64,000 nucleotides of DNA from an uncultured bacterium (GTDB lineage Bacteria > Oederibacteriota > Muellerivitia > Muellerivitales > Muellerivitaceae). Numbering within the stretch: the stretch's first letter is position 1; every line of letters begins with the position of its first letter. Shown one piece after another: positions 1 through 8,796 of the stretch. The notes beneath the pieces were generated by a model. That model saw only the letters and a list, made by a program, of their open reading frames with translations, was not told the origin of the DNA and searched no databases. The DNA lies in the NCBI GenBank assembly GCA_964624625.1, contig CAZUXW010000004.1, positions 28,931-92,930 on the forward strand, written 5' to 3'. A program made the position numbers and the translations under genes.

Positions 1-747
1 AAAAAATTCAAGAAAAGCTCGAGAAAGGCTTTGATCCTCCGGCTCAACAGCCCCGGGGGAGCGGTCGCGCCTTCCCAGGAGATTTATTCGGAGATCCTCA
101 GCGCCAGGGAAAGCAAGAAAATCGTCGTGGCCAGCATGTCCAGCATGGCCGCTTCCGGGGCCTATTACATCGCCGCCGCCTGCGACCAGATCGTCGCCGA
201 TCCCGGGACCTTGACCGCTTCCATTGGGGTGATCGCCGAGTTTCCCGACGCCTCGGGGCTTTTGAAAAAGGTCGGGGTTAATTTTCAGACGATCAAAAGC
301 GGAAAATTCAAGGATACGGGGTCCTTTAACCGCCCCATGAATCCCCAGGAGAGGGAATATCTCCAGGAAACCATCATGGATGTTTTCCAGCAGTTTTTGG
401 GTTCCGTCCTGGACGGCCGCAAGGCGGCGTTTCAGGGCCGATTGGCTGAAATCTTAAAAAAGAAAAAGGAATTGGTGACCGACCAGGAAATCCGGAATTT
501 CGTCACGCCTTACGCCGACGGCAGGGTCCTGACGGGGAAAAAAGCCTTTGAGCTTGGTTTTGTGGACCAATTGGGGAATTACGAGGTCGCGGTAAAATTA
601 ACCGCCCAATTAGCCGGGATCAAGGGGGATCCGGTGGTGAAGACGGACCAGGCGGTCAAACTCGACCAGATCCTGAACGGCATCCTGCCCTTTTCCTTCT
701 TGGCGAGGGCTAACAACGGCTTTCAACTGGAGTACCGGGCTTTCTAA
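1..747 (+). CDS. sppA: Signal peptide peptidase SppA (protease IV, S49 family), C-terminal part; 5' end lies upstream of the window
   Basis: The ORF is open to the window edge. The translation (…VVASMSSMAASGAYYIAAACDQIVADPGTLTASIGV…) recalls the S49 SppA catalytic region from memory. Confidence 0.7.
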   Translation, partial: KKFKKSSRKALILRLNSPGGAVAPSQEIYSEILSARESKKIVVASMSSMAASGAYYIAAACDQIVADPGTLTASIGVIAEFPDASGLLKKVGVNFQTIKSGKFKDTGSFNRPMNPQEREYLQETIMDVFQQFLGSVLDGRKAAFQGRLAEILKKKKELVTDQEIRNFVTPYADGRVLTGKKAFELGFVDQLGNYEVAVKLTAQLAGIKGDPVVKTDQAVKLDQILNGILPFSFLARANNGFQLEYRAF

Positions 748-833
748 TTCGGGGCTTTTTTGAATATGGAGGAAGGGCGTCCTTTTCGCCTTGAAGCTGG
801 AAACGAATAACTGTTTATCACAAGGGGGATATC

Positions 834-2699
834 GTGGCTGAATCCGCAAATCAGGCTCCAACTCCGGCAGCTGTTATTCCTCCGCCGGTTGAATCGGCAC
901 CGGCGCAACCGAAGGTTACGCGCCGCGAGAGCAAGTTCATGAAGGCCATGTCCAAATTAATGACCACCACGGCCTGGATGGGTTTCGCCGTCGGTTTTAT
1001 CCTGCTGGGAATCTTTAACCATTACCACGAGTTGGTTCCCGCGGCGGCCAAGGCTCCCTTCGCCCTGCTTCTCCCCCATTTGTCCTATTTCCTCGTCGGA
1101 CTGGGATTGGGGTGCATCGCCAAGATCCGCAACGGCGTCCAGGACGACTATTCCGCCGAATATAAGAAGAACCGGCAATTCTCCCACGCCTGGAAGATCC
1201 CCTTGATCGTGGTGGAAGTCCTGATCTACGTGGTGCTCGGAATTTACGGGGTCCTGGTCGGCGTCGGAAAAGTCGAGGCGGTCCAAAATATTTCGGCGCT
1301 CCTCTCGTTGTTTATTTTGTTTTTGCTTTATCTCCTCTGGTACGCCATTGCCTTCATCATGAACCGGTCGCCGGCGCGCGCCGGTTTTCTGGTCGCCGGA
1401 TACCTGGGGTTGGCCCCGGCTTTCATCTCCATTTGCTTCTGGGTTTCGCAGTTTATTTTCTTGAGCCTGGTTTTCGCGGTCCTGGCGCTGATCGCCACCA
1501 TCGTCGGGCTTACTATTTCCTCGACGCCGGGCCAGGAACAGCGGTTGAATGGGATGAGGATTTTGTGCGCGGCCGGCACCCTCGGCCTTTTATTGATCGT
1601 GGGGCTGAACGCCAGTTCCTACGGTAATTCCCGCGCGGTCCTGGCGGGGCTGGGGTTAGCCTCGAAGAATCCGATGGGTAATATCGGCGTGATCGCCTAT
1701 TCCCCGGAGGACCTGAAAGTATTAAACAATCCCCAGACCGCGAACCGGCAAAAGCTGGCCTTTTCAATTCACACCCAGGAAGGCTGGTTCCTTCAAGTCA
1801 TCGAAGCCAGGGAGAAGGAGTTTATCACCTCCTACAAGGTCCCGGCGGGGGAGGGCCCCTTCCGGCCCGTTTTCGCGGAAGGTGGCAAATCCATCATCCT
1901 CGATCCCGTCAAGGGTGGGGAGAGGGGCCTTTGGAAAGTGGACGCGGCAACGGGCCGGGTGGAAGTCCTCCGGCGCGGCGGAGTCCGGGACTTTGGCGAC
2001 GGCACTCCCTGGTCGGAAACGACGAAGCAATTTTTATACGTGACCGGGGACGATTCGGGCTATCAATTGAATGTTTACCCAGCTGGCAAGTCCAAAAAAG
2101 CGCTCCTGACCAGCGCCTCGCCCATCCTCTCGCCTTCTTGGACCATGTCGGGCGATCTTATTTCCTATGCCGACGGGACCCACGGCGTCTTTCGCGTCCT
2201 GAACCTGAAAACGGGCAAATCGGAGGCTTTGTTGTCTGATCAGGAAAAGGCCGAGAACCAGAAAATGGAGGGCATCGCCGTCAAGGAAGTGATCCCGGCC
2301 CCCGACGGTTTCCGCTACCTTTACCTGGCCGAGGAGGGGAAGGAATCATCCCTTTGGCTGGTGTTGGCCGACGGAACCAAACGGGAGAAGATTTACGAGA
2401 GCCGGGGGGAATTGAGCAACATCGCCTGGAATCCGGACGCCCAAAAGGTCCTGTTTGAGGAAAAAAGAAGCCGGTCGGTATTCCTCAATTTGTTCTACCC
2501 TTACGGATTTTTAACCGAGTCCCGGAGGATCAGGATTTTGGACGCCAACTTAAACACGGCCGAGGACCTCATTTTCCCGCAAATTTCCCACAGGGCTCCC
2601 GCGGTTTCCCCCGACGGCGTCAAGGTGGCCTTTGTGGCGGACCAGGGACTATGGCTGCGCCGGGGAAGTCCGGCCATTTGGGTGGCGCATCTTAGGTAA
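834..2699 (+). CDS. Polytopic inner-membrane protein (~7 predicted TM helices) with a C-terminal TolB-like PD40 beta-propeller
   Basis: GTG start preceded by AAGGGGG. The N-terminal ~300 aa contain several long hydrophobic stretches. The C-terminal half carries PD40-type repeats (SPSWTMSGDLISYA, AWNPDAQKVLF, AVSPDGVKVAFVAD). Confidence 0.6.
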   Translation: MAESANQAPTPAAVIPPPVESAPAQPKVTRRESKFMKAMSKLMTTTAWMGFAVGFILLGIFNHYHELVPAAAKAPFALLLPHLSYFLVGLGLGCIAKIRNGVQDDYSAEYKKNRQFSHAWKIPLIVVEVLIYVVLGIYGVLVGVGKVEAVQNISALLSLFILFLLYLLWYAIAFIMNRSPARAGFLVAGYLGLAPAFISICFWVSQFIFLSLVFAVLALIATIVGLTISSTPGQEQRLNGMRILCAAGTLGLLLIVGLNASSYGNSRAVLAGLGLASKNPMGNIGVIAYSPEDLKVLNNPQTANRQKLAFSIHTQEGWFLQVIEAREKEFITSYKVPAGEGPFRPVFAEGGKSIILDPVKGGERGLWKVDAATGRVEVLRRGGVRDFGDGTPWSETTKQFLYVTGDDSGYQLNVYPAGKSKKALLTSASPILSPSWTMSGDLISYADGTHGVFRVLNLKTGKSEALLSDQEKAENQKMEGIAVKEVIPAPDGFRYLYLAEEGKESSLWLVLADGTKREKIYESRGELSNIAWNPDAQKVLFEEKRSRSVFLNLFYPYGFLTESRRIRILDANLNTAEDLIFPQISHRAPAVSPDGVKVAFVADQGLWLRRGSPAIWVAHLR

Positions 2700-2725
2700 T
2701 TTTTAGCCCGGTCAAAGGGTCGTCC

Positions 2726-5700
2726 ATGAAGCCATTGAAGGGCCGCCGCTCCAATTTTCCATCCCTCCGTCGATGGCTTTTATCGGCCTCGCTCCTTCTT
2801 TCTATTCCGTCCCTCTCCTGGGGCCTGGAGTTTGGGATGAACAAGGTCCGGTACCACACGGACCATCAATGGAAAATCCTGGAGACGGAGCATTTCGAGA
2901 TTTATTACTACCAGGAATGCGAGACCCTCGCCCAGGCCGCGACCGGCTACGCGGAAAAGGCCTTCCTGAAGATCAGCAAAAGCTACGACTTCGTCCCCAA
3001 GAATAAAATCCCCCTGTTTATTTACGGCACTTCCACCGAGTTCCAGGAAACCAACATCACTCCCCAGGCCCTGCCCGAGGGAGTGGGGGGATTCACCGAG
3101 GTTTTCAAGAACCGCATCGTGGTTCCCATGGGCGGATCCTACCATGAGTTCGAGAAGGTCATCACCCATGAATTGACCCATGCCTTCCAGTACGACATGA
3201 TTTACGGCGAGGGTTGGCGCTCGGTGAACCTCTTCAAGGCGGTCTTCGTCCCCAATTGGATGATGGAGGGCATGGCTGAGTGGACGGCCCAGCATTGGGA
3301 ATCCCAGGGAGAGATGGTCCTGCGGGACGCGGTCCTGAACGACCAGGTCATCCCCCTGAATATGCTGGAATCCTTCGACCATTTCGAGCAGGTTTACATG
3401 GCTTACAAGGAATCCCAAAGCATCTTGGAATACGCCTCCCAGCTTTACGGCCCCGAGAAGGTCTACCAGATGATGAAAAAAATGGCCTCCAACCAGCAGG
3501 CCGACACGGTCCTGAAGTCCGTCCTGGGGGTTTCCCTGAACGAGCTTTTCGAGAACTGGCATTTTTACATCAAGTCCAGCGCCTGGGCGAGGATCCAAGG
3601 GATGCCTCCTCCGGACAAATACGGGGATTCCTTGGAGATGGGGGTCGCCAAGGCCGCGGCCTCGCCCGATGGGAAATGGGCGGCCTACCTGAAGGGAAGG
3701 GACCTGGTCCTTTGGGAAGTTTCCACCAAGAAAAAGACAACCCTCCTCCGGGAAAATTTCCAAACCCAGGGATCGGGAATCGCCTGGTCCCCGGACGGTA
3801 AAGAACTCGCCTTCGCCTCCAACCGGGATGGCGACTATATCCTCAAAACCATCGACCTGGGCAGCCGCAAGACGAGGGAACTCAAGGTTCCCCTTATGCC
3901 CTTGATCTATTCGCCGTCCTGGTCCCAGGACCAAAAGTTCCTGCTTTTTTCCGGTTTTGACTACCGCACCGTGGATTTGTACCGCTTGGAACTGGCCACC
4001 GGGAAGATCGACCGGCTCACCGACAACCAGGAAAGCGAATCCTGGGCCTGTTATTCGCCGGACGGCGCCAGCCTTTTTTACCTCGAGGAGGGCGGCGGGG
4101 AAACCAGGCTCAAGCGGGTGGATTTGGATTCCCGGGGCTTGCCCTTAAAGACGCCTATTTTAGTGGGAGGCGACCTGGGAACCGTCTCCTCTTTTCGAAT
4201 CGCGAAGAACTCGATTTACCTGACGTCCAATAAGAACAAGAGGATTTTCAACCTCTACCGCATGGATTTGGATGGAAGCCATTTGACCCAGCTGACGAAT
4301 AGCTTCGTGGACATCCTCAGCGCAGCCCCCGGCCCCGGCGCGGAGGATTTTTATTGCTGTCTTTACCGGCGGGGCCAGGAATCCCTCTCCCTGTTTCGCG
4401 CTGAAAAGCTGGAACCAACCCCCCCGCCCTCCGATGCTTCCGGCTATTTGGCCAATCGTTTCGACAACGCGTCGAACTTGATTCCCTCGGCCGCCGCTCC
4501 CCCTAAGGACGCGGAGAACCAGGACAACGCCGAAAAAACGGAGCAGGATTCGGCGAAGGACAAAAAAGAACCGGCGGCGCCGCCCATGGCCGTTTCCCGC
4601 TTGGAAGTCGTGGAAGCGTCCAATTTGGTCCAGCTCCAGTGGCCCGTGACCGCCGTGGAACAGGAAGCCGTAACCAGCTACCATGTTTTCCGATCCAAGA
4701 CCGCGGACGGGGATTTCGACCTGGTCGGAACCGTCTCCCCGGTTCGGCAGGGACGCTTCACGGATTATGACGTCCAAACGGGCGAGAATTATTTTTACTA
4801 TGTCACGGCCGTCAACAAGGCGGGCGAAAGCCCCCCCTCGCCCCCGCTGGAAGTCCAGCCCAATTTTAAGATCGTGTCCAGGGATTACCACCTGAAGATA
4901 TCCCCGGACATTCTTCTTTTCCTGGCCGGCTATGACAGTTCCTTCGGCTTCGTGGGGGGAGGTGTCCTCCAAATGAGCGATTACCTGGGCGACCACAGGC
5001 TGGCCATCCTGGGGGACACCATTCCCAGCGTCCGTACGGGCGTCGAGGCCAATTACCAGTTTTCCGCCTGGCGGACGACCGTGGACCTCAACTTTTTTTA
5101 TTTCCAGAATTTTTTCAGGATCTTCGACGTCCAAACGGGGAGCCTGGTGGATGAGTACCGCAACAACGAGAATGGGCTGGACGTGAATTTCACCTATCCC
5201 CTGGACCAGACCACGAGGTTCGAGTACGGGTTGGGGACCCAGCGTTTCCAGGGAAGCCCCCTGTTCCTGCGTTTCTCCGAGGGTATCTCCAATTATTTCC
5301 AAAACACGGACCAGTGGAACGTGGCCAACTATTACCGCGTCTCCCTGGTCCAGGACAAGCGGCGGGCCACCCAGTTTTGGCCGAGCAGCGGATACGCGGC
5401 GAATTTCACCCTGCTGCACGCGGTCCCGGTCCTGGACGCCAATGTTTCCTTCGCGAACCTTTTGTTGGAGACCCAGTTTTACGCCGATATCGGGTTTTTG
5501 AACCACTTGATCTGGGCGAACCGTATCGTCGCCATGACTTCCCAGGGCCCCAATCCCCAGTCCTTTTTTATCGGGGATGACGCGCCCTTCCAGGCTTTTT
5601 TCACGACCATCCGGGGCTACGGGGCAGGGACCTTTTTTGGGTCCAATTTAGGCCTCTGGAACATGGAGTTCCGTTATCCGATCGCCACCAACATGAATTT

Positions 5701-5950
5701 CGTGCCACAGCCCCTGTCGTTTGTCCTGATCAAGGATATCGAGCTGGCGGGGTTCTTGGACGCAGGCGTGGTTTCCAACCAATTGCAGGACCTTCCCTCG
5801 GCGCCCTTGCTCAGCAGCATCGGAACGGGAATCCGATTTTATAATTTTGTCTATCAAAGGGCCCTGGTCATGCTCCGGTTCGACGTGGCTTGGAGGCTGG
5901 ACCAGGCAGGGCCGCCTAGTTTCCACTTTAACTTGACCCCCATGTTTTGA
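2726..5950 (+). CDS. Chimeric outer-membrane protein: signal peptide, HExxH zinc-metallopeptidase (MA-clan-like) domain, PD40 beta-propeller, fibronectin-III domain and C-terminal Omp85/BamA-type (bacterial surface antigen) beta-barrel
   Basis: N-terminal signal peptide (LLSASLLLSIPSLSWG). HELTH zinc motif with a downstream MEGMAEW glutamate. PD40 repeats (AWSPDGKELAFASNRDG, YSPSWSQDQKFLLF, YSPDGASLFY). FN3-like block (YHVFRSK…YFYYVTAVNKAGESPPS). C-terminal Omp85 signatures (TTIRGYGAGTFFG…NMEFRYP…GFLDAG…GTGIRFY…) ending in F. The gene starts 27 nt after the preceding gene. Confidence 0.7.
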   Translation: MKPLKGRRSNFPSLRRWLLSASLLLSIPSLSWGLEFGMNKVRYHTDHQWKILETEHFEIYYYQECETLAQAATGYAEKAFLKISKSYDFVPKNKIPLFIYGTSTEFQETNITPQALPEGVGGFTEVFKNRIVVPMGGSYHEFEKVITHELTHAFQYDMIYGEGWRSVNLFKAVFVPNWMMEGMAEWTAQHWESQGEMVLRDAVLNDQVIPLNMLESFDHFEQVYMAYKESQSILEYASQLYGPEKVYQMMKKMASNQQADTVLKSVLGVSLNELFENWHFYIKSSAWARIQGMPPPDKYGDSLEMGVAKAAASPDGKWAAYLKGRDLVLWEVSTKKKTTLLRENFQTQGSGIAWSPDGKELAFASNRDGDYILKTIDLGSRKTRELKVPLMPLIYSPSWSQDQKFLLFSGFDYRTVDLYRLELATGKIDRLTDNQESESWACYSPDGASLFYLEEGGGETRLKRVDLDSRGLPLKTPILVGGDLGTVSSFRIAKNSIYLTSNKNKRIFNLYRMDLDGSHLTQLTNSFVDILSAAPGPGAEDFYCCLYRRGQESLSLFRAEKLEPTPPPSDASGYLANRFDNASNLIPSAAAPPKDAENQDNAEKTEQDSAKDKKEPAAPPMAVSRLEVVEASNLVQLQWPVTAVEQEAVTSYHVFRSKTADGDFDLVGTVSPVRQGRFTDYDVQTGENYFYYVTAVNKAGESPPSPPLEVQPNFKIVSRDYHLKISPDILLFLAGYDSSFGFVGGGVLQMSDYLGDHRLAILGDTIPSVRTGVEANYQFSAWRTTVDLNFFYFQNFFRIFDVQTGSLVDEYRNNENGLDVNFTYPLDQTTRFEYGLGTQRFQGSPLFLRFSEGISNYFQNTDQWNVANYYRVSLVQDKRRATQFWPSSGYAANFTLLHAVPVLDANVSFANLLLETQFYADIGFLNHLIWANRIVAMTSQGPNPQSFFIGDDAPFQAFFTTIRGYGAGTFFGSNLGLWNMEFRYPIATNMNFVPQPLSFVLIKDIELAGFLDAGVVSNQLQDLPSAPLLSSIGTGIRFYNFVYQRALVMLRFDVAWRLDQAGPPSFHFNLTPMF

Positions 5951-5983
5951 AAGCCCGGGCGAGACCGGAGTCCGGCGGCCAAT

Positions 5984-6017
5984 GGCGGGAGGTTTTTAAA
6001 GTGAAACTCCGCCTTTT
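5984..6017 (+). terminator. Putative rho-independent terminator after the Omp85-fusion gene
   Basis: GC-rich imperfect hairpin GGCGGGAGG…CTCCGCC followed by TTTTGGG. Confidence 0.35.
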
Positions 6018-6044
6018 GGGACAGGGAAGCGCGCCAAAAACCAT

Positions 6045-6743
6045 TTGGTAGGGCAGGGGGTACCAGTTATAATGGACCCTCTTAAAAAGGCCGCACTTCA
6101 AACGAGGAGTAGGTTCTTGAAAAAACTTTATTTTACAACCCTTTTCGGCCTTTTACTCACTGGTTCGATCCTCCTGGCCAAGCCCGCCGAGGAATTTAAC
6201 ATGGCTCAATACGAAATCATGGATCTGGATTTTCTCCGCACCCATTACAACGAGATCAATAACTGGCGCCAAATTCAAATTGACGGCACCTTTAGCTCCC
6301 TTAAATGGATGCCGCCCTACCAGTATAAGGAGCGCTTGAGCGCCATTGGGTTTGACGTCAACCAATATCATGTTCTTCAATTTGGCTTGAAGGAAAGTGA
6401 TGATTTTCATTATGGCTTTCCCCTTTTGCTTTTTAAAACCCAGGCGGGGGATTTGACGGAATTAGACCAGCTGGAAAAAGGGGAAAGGGTCACCCTCTAC
6501 GGCAGGTTCTTTAACCTGGCGAAATCCGAGTACGCCATGGAAGTGGACGTTTTGGAGACGGTAAAAAAAGGCGGCCATGACCGAAGGATATTGGTCGACG
6601 CCAGAGTTGCCCCGACCTTCACCCCCACCGCGACCATCACCAATACGCCAGGCCCCAACCTCTGGCAAAAGGTCTATTACAAGATCAATCCCAAGGAAAC
6701 GGCCACGCCGACCGGCACCATTACCCCTGAAGCCGGCAAGTAA
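6045..6743 (+). CDS. Hypothetical secreted protein with a Thr/Pro-rich C-terminal tail
   Basis: ORF with a hydrophobic signal-like segment (LFGLLLTGSILLA). I recognise no family. The true start may be the internal M at about 6072. Confidence 0.4.
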   Translation: MVGQGVPVIMDPLKKAALQTRSRFLKKLYFTTLFGLLLTGSILLAKPAEEFNMAQYEIMDLDFLRTHYNEINNWRQIQIDGTFSSLKWMPPYQYKERLSAIGFDVNQYHVLQFGLKESDDFHYGFPLLLFKTQAGDLTELDQLEKGERVTLYGRFFNLAKSEYAMEVDVLETVKKGGHDRRILVDARVAPTFTPTATITNTPGPNLWQKVYYKINPKETATPTGTITPEAGK

Positions 6744-6767
6744 AGGCTTCGATTACCGGGATTTTCA

Positions 6768-7724
6768 TTGAAAAAAACCGTCCTCATCACCAATAACCTT
6801 CCCGCGGCCGCCTATCAGAAACTTTCGCGGAAATTTCACGTCACCTGGAACCAAAAACAGCTGACGGAAAATCAATTGGCGTCCAAAGCCAAAAATGTCC
6901 ATGCCCTATTAACCACCCTGGCCGATCCGGTTACCCGGAAAGTCCTATCCGCCGCGCCCAGGCTCCAATGCGTCGCCAACTACGCGGTGGGATATAACAA
7001 TATTGACCTTCAAGCGGCGAAGGAAAAGGGAATTTGGGTCACCAACACACCCAATGTCCTGACCGAGGCCACGGCGGATATCGCCTGGGCCCTGATATTG
7101 GCCTGCGCCAGGAGGATTCCTGAGGGAGAAAGACTGGTTCGTTCGGGAAAATTCAAGGGATGGCATCCCCTGATGTTATTGGGGGTCGATTTGACCGGTA
7201 AAACCTTGGGACTTTATGGGTTGGGAAGGATTGGACAGGCGGTAGCGATGAGGGGAAGGGGATGGGGCATGAAAGTGCTCTACCATCAACGGCACCGTGA
7301 ATCCCGTCTGGTAGAGAAGTCATTAAACGCTAAGTTTGTCCCTTTTGAGGCCCTTTTAAAAAAATCCGACATTCTCAGTGTCAACTCACCCTTAACTCCT
7401 GAAACCAAGGGCCGTTTCACCTTGAAAGAGTTTAAGCGAATGAAGCCTAGGTCCATATTCATCAATACCGCCAGAGGCTTGATTCATGATGAAAAGGACT
7501 TGGCGGAGGCCTTAAAAAGGGGCCTTATTTTTTCCGCCGGATTGGATGTTTATCAGTTCGAACCGCTGGTCGACCCAGGACTCCGAAGGCTGAATAACTG
7601 CGTGCTGCTGCCGCACTTGGGCAGCGGCACGGTTGAAACCAGGAACCGTATGGCCCTTTTGGCCGCCGAAAACATAGAATCGGTTCTCCTGGGCCGAAAA
7701 CCTAAAACTCCCGTCCGAATTTAA
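6768..7724 (+). CDS. D-isomer-specific 2-hydroxyacid dehydrogenase (glyoxylate/hydroxypyruvate reductase-like), NAD(P)-binding
   Basis: TTG start. NAD-binding GLYGLGRIGQAVA motif and a catalytic region (…SVNSPLTPETKGRF…NTARGLIHDE…LDVYQFEP…) typical of the family. Confidence 0.8.
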   Translation: MKKTVLITNNLPAAAYQKLSRKFHVTWNQKQLTENQLASKAKNVHALLTTLADPVTRKVLSAAPRLQCVANYAVGYNNIDLQAAKEKGIWVTNTPNVLTEATADIAWALILACARRIPEGERLVRSGKFKGWHPLMLLGVDLTGKTLGLYGLGRIGQAVAMRGRGWGMKVLYHQRHRESRLVEKSLNAKFVPFEALLKKSDILSVNSPLTPETKGRFTLKEFKRMKPRSIFINTARGLIHDEKDLAEALKRGLIFSAGLDVYQFEPLVDPGLRRLNNCVLLPHLGSGTVETRNRMALLAAENIESVLLGRKPKTPVRI

Positions 7725-7804
7725 AACAAAGAATTAACTTTAAGCCTTAAAGCGATCCTTTAAAATGGACGTCCTAAAGCGTCTTTTTCAAAGGAGTTTT
7801 TCGC

Positions 7805-8584
7805 TTGGCTAATCTGGAAATGGAATCCCAAGTCTTCGGAGAGGGATTTCCGGTTGTTCTTCTTCACGCCTTTCCCCTTTCCCACCTGCTTTGGGAAAAC
7901 CTTCAGACTCCTCCTGGGTTCCAATTGATTTTGCCGGATTTTCCGGGATTTGGGGAATCCCCTTTGGCAACCGCAAGTTTTACGCTGCAAGAGGCTGCCC
8001 TGGGATTGGAAAAACACCTTCAAGAAAAAGGAATTAAGGGTCCCTTTGTCCTTGGCGGCATCTCCATGGGTGGTTATTGGGCTTTGGAATTTATCCGTCA
8101 ATTTCCCGGGCTCGTGAAAGGGATCCTTCTGGTCTCCACCAGGGCCGGAAAGGACCAACCCGAGGCCCGTCAAAAGCGTTTGGACACCGCTTTGAAAGTC
8201 GAAAAAGAGGGAACCGCTTTTTTGGCGGAAGCCATGGTTCCAGTACTTTTGGGTAAAACCACATTGGCTCGAAATACTTCATTGGCTAAAACCGTCAGCC
8301 GTTGGATATGGGCCGCAAAACCTGTGGCGGTCAGCTTGGCCCAAAGGGCTATGGCGGACCGAAGGGATCAAACGGACTTACTTCCGGGGTTGAAAGTAAA
8401 AACCCTGATCTTGGCTGGATCCGAGGATGCTTTAATCCCGAATTCGGAGTCGGAATCCATGGCCCGGATCATTCCTGGCGCAAAGTTGAAAATTTTGGAA
8501 CAGGTCGGTCACTTGCCGCCCTTGGAAGCGCCCGAGATTTTTCAAAAACACCTCGATGATTTTTTATTTCAATTGGACCTTTAA
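7805..8584 (+). CDS. Alpha/beta-fold hydrolase
   Basis: An HAFP-type oxyanion region and a nucleophile elbow (GISMGG), with a catalytic His near the C-terminus (GHLPPLE). AAGGAG RBS upstream. The start could be TTG at 7805 or ATG at 7820. Confidence 0.6.
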   Translation: MANLEMESQVFGEGFPVVLLHAFPLSHLLWENLQTPPGFQLILPDFPGFGESPLATASFTLQEAALGLEKHLQEKGIKGPFVLGGISMGGYWALEFIRQFPGLVKGILLVSTRAGKDQPEARQKRLDTALKVEKEGTAFLAEAMVPVLLGKTTLARNTSLAKTVSRWIWAAKPVAVSLAQRAMADRRDQTDLLPGLKVKTLILAGSEDALIPNSESESMARIIPGAKLKILEQVGHLPPLEAPEIFQKHLDDFLFQLDL

Positions 8585-8737
8585 AAGCGAAAATGGACTG
8601 AGGGTTCTGGTCGAGCTGGTCCTGAGATCGTTTAAAAAAACACTGATTGCGCGCAAAAACGGCCTTTAAAGCCTGTGAATTCTGAACCAGGCATTGAATC
8701 CAGTTGGGGCCCCGCGCCGGGCCTTGAGTCATTTTGG

Positions 8738-8766
8738 TTGACAATTGGGTTCGTAACTTCTATAAC
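8738..8766 (+). promoter_or_regulatory. Sigma-70-type promoter (TTGACA-17 bp-TATAAC) driving the recombinase gene
   Basis: Exact -35 hexamer, a 17-bp spacer and a 5/6 match at -10, placed 30 bp upstream of the AGGAGG RBS. Confidence 0.45.
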
Positions 8767-8786
8767 TACAATTATAGAAGTTACGA
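8751..8786. promoter_or_regulatory. Perfect 15-bp inverted repeat with a 6-bp spacer (TCGTAACTTCTATAA-ctacaa-TTATAGAAGTTACGA): candidate tyrosine-recombinase core site or autoregulatory operator
   Basis: Read directly from the sequence. It overlaps the promoter spacer and -10 and abuts the recombinase RBS. Confidence 0.5.
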
Positions 8787-8796
8787 AGGAGGAGTT

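Noticed and set aside
2780-3934. 384-aa minus-strand ORF
   Set aside because: It lies antisense inside the well-supported peptidase-PD40-Omp85 gene. Its translation is Gly/Arg/Pro-rich and low-complexity, typical of antisense frames in high-GC DNA.
4160-5506. 448-aa minus-strand ORF
   Set aside because: Antisense to the same 1074-aa gene, with no recognisable domains. A high-GC artefact.
8734-8796. Upstream ORF extension of the recombinase (MVDNWVRNFYNYNYRSYEGGV…)
   Set aside because: The extension would translate the inverted-repeat and promoter DNA. The ATG at 8797 has a perfect AGGAGG RBS.
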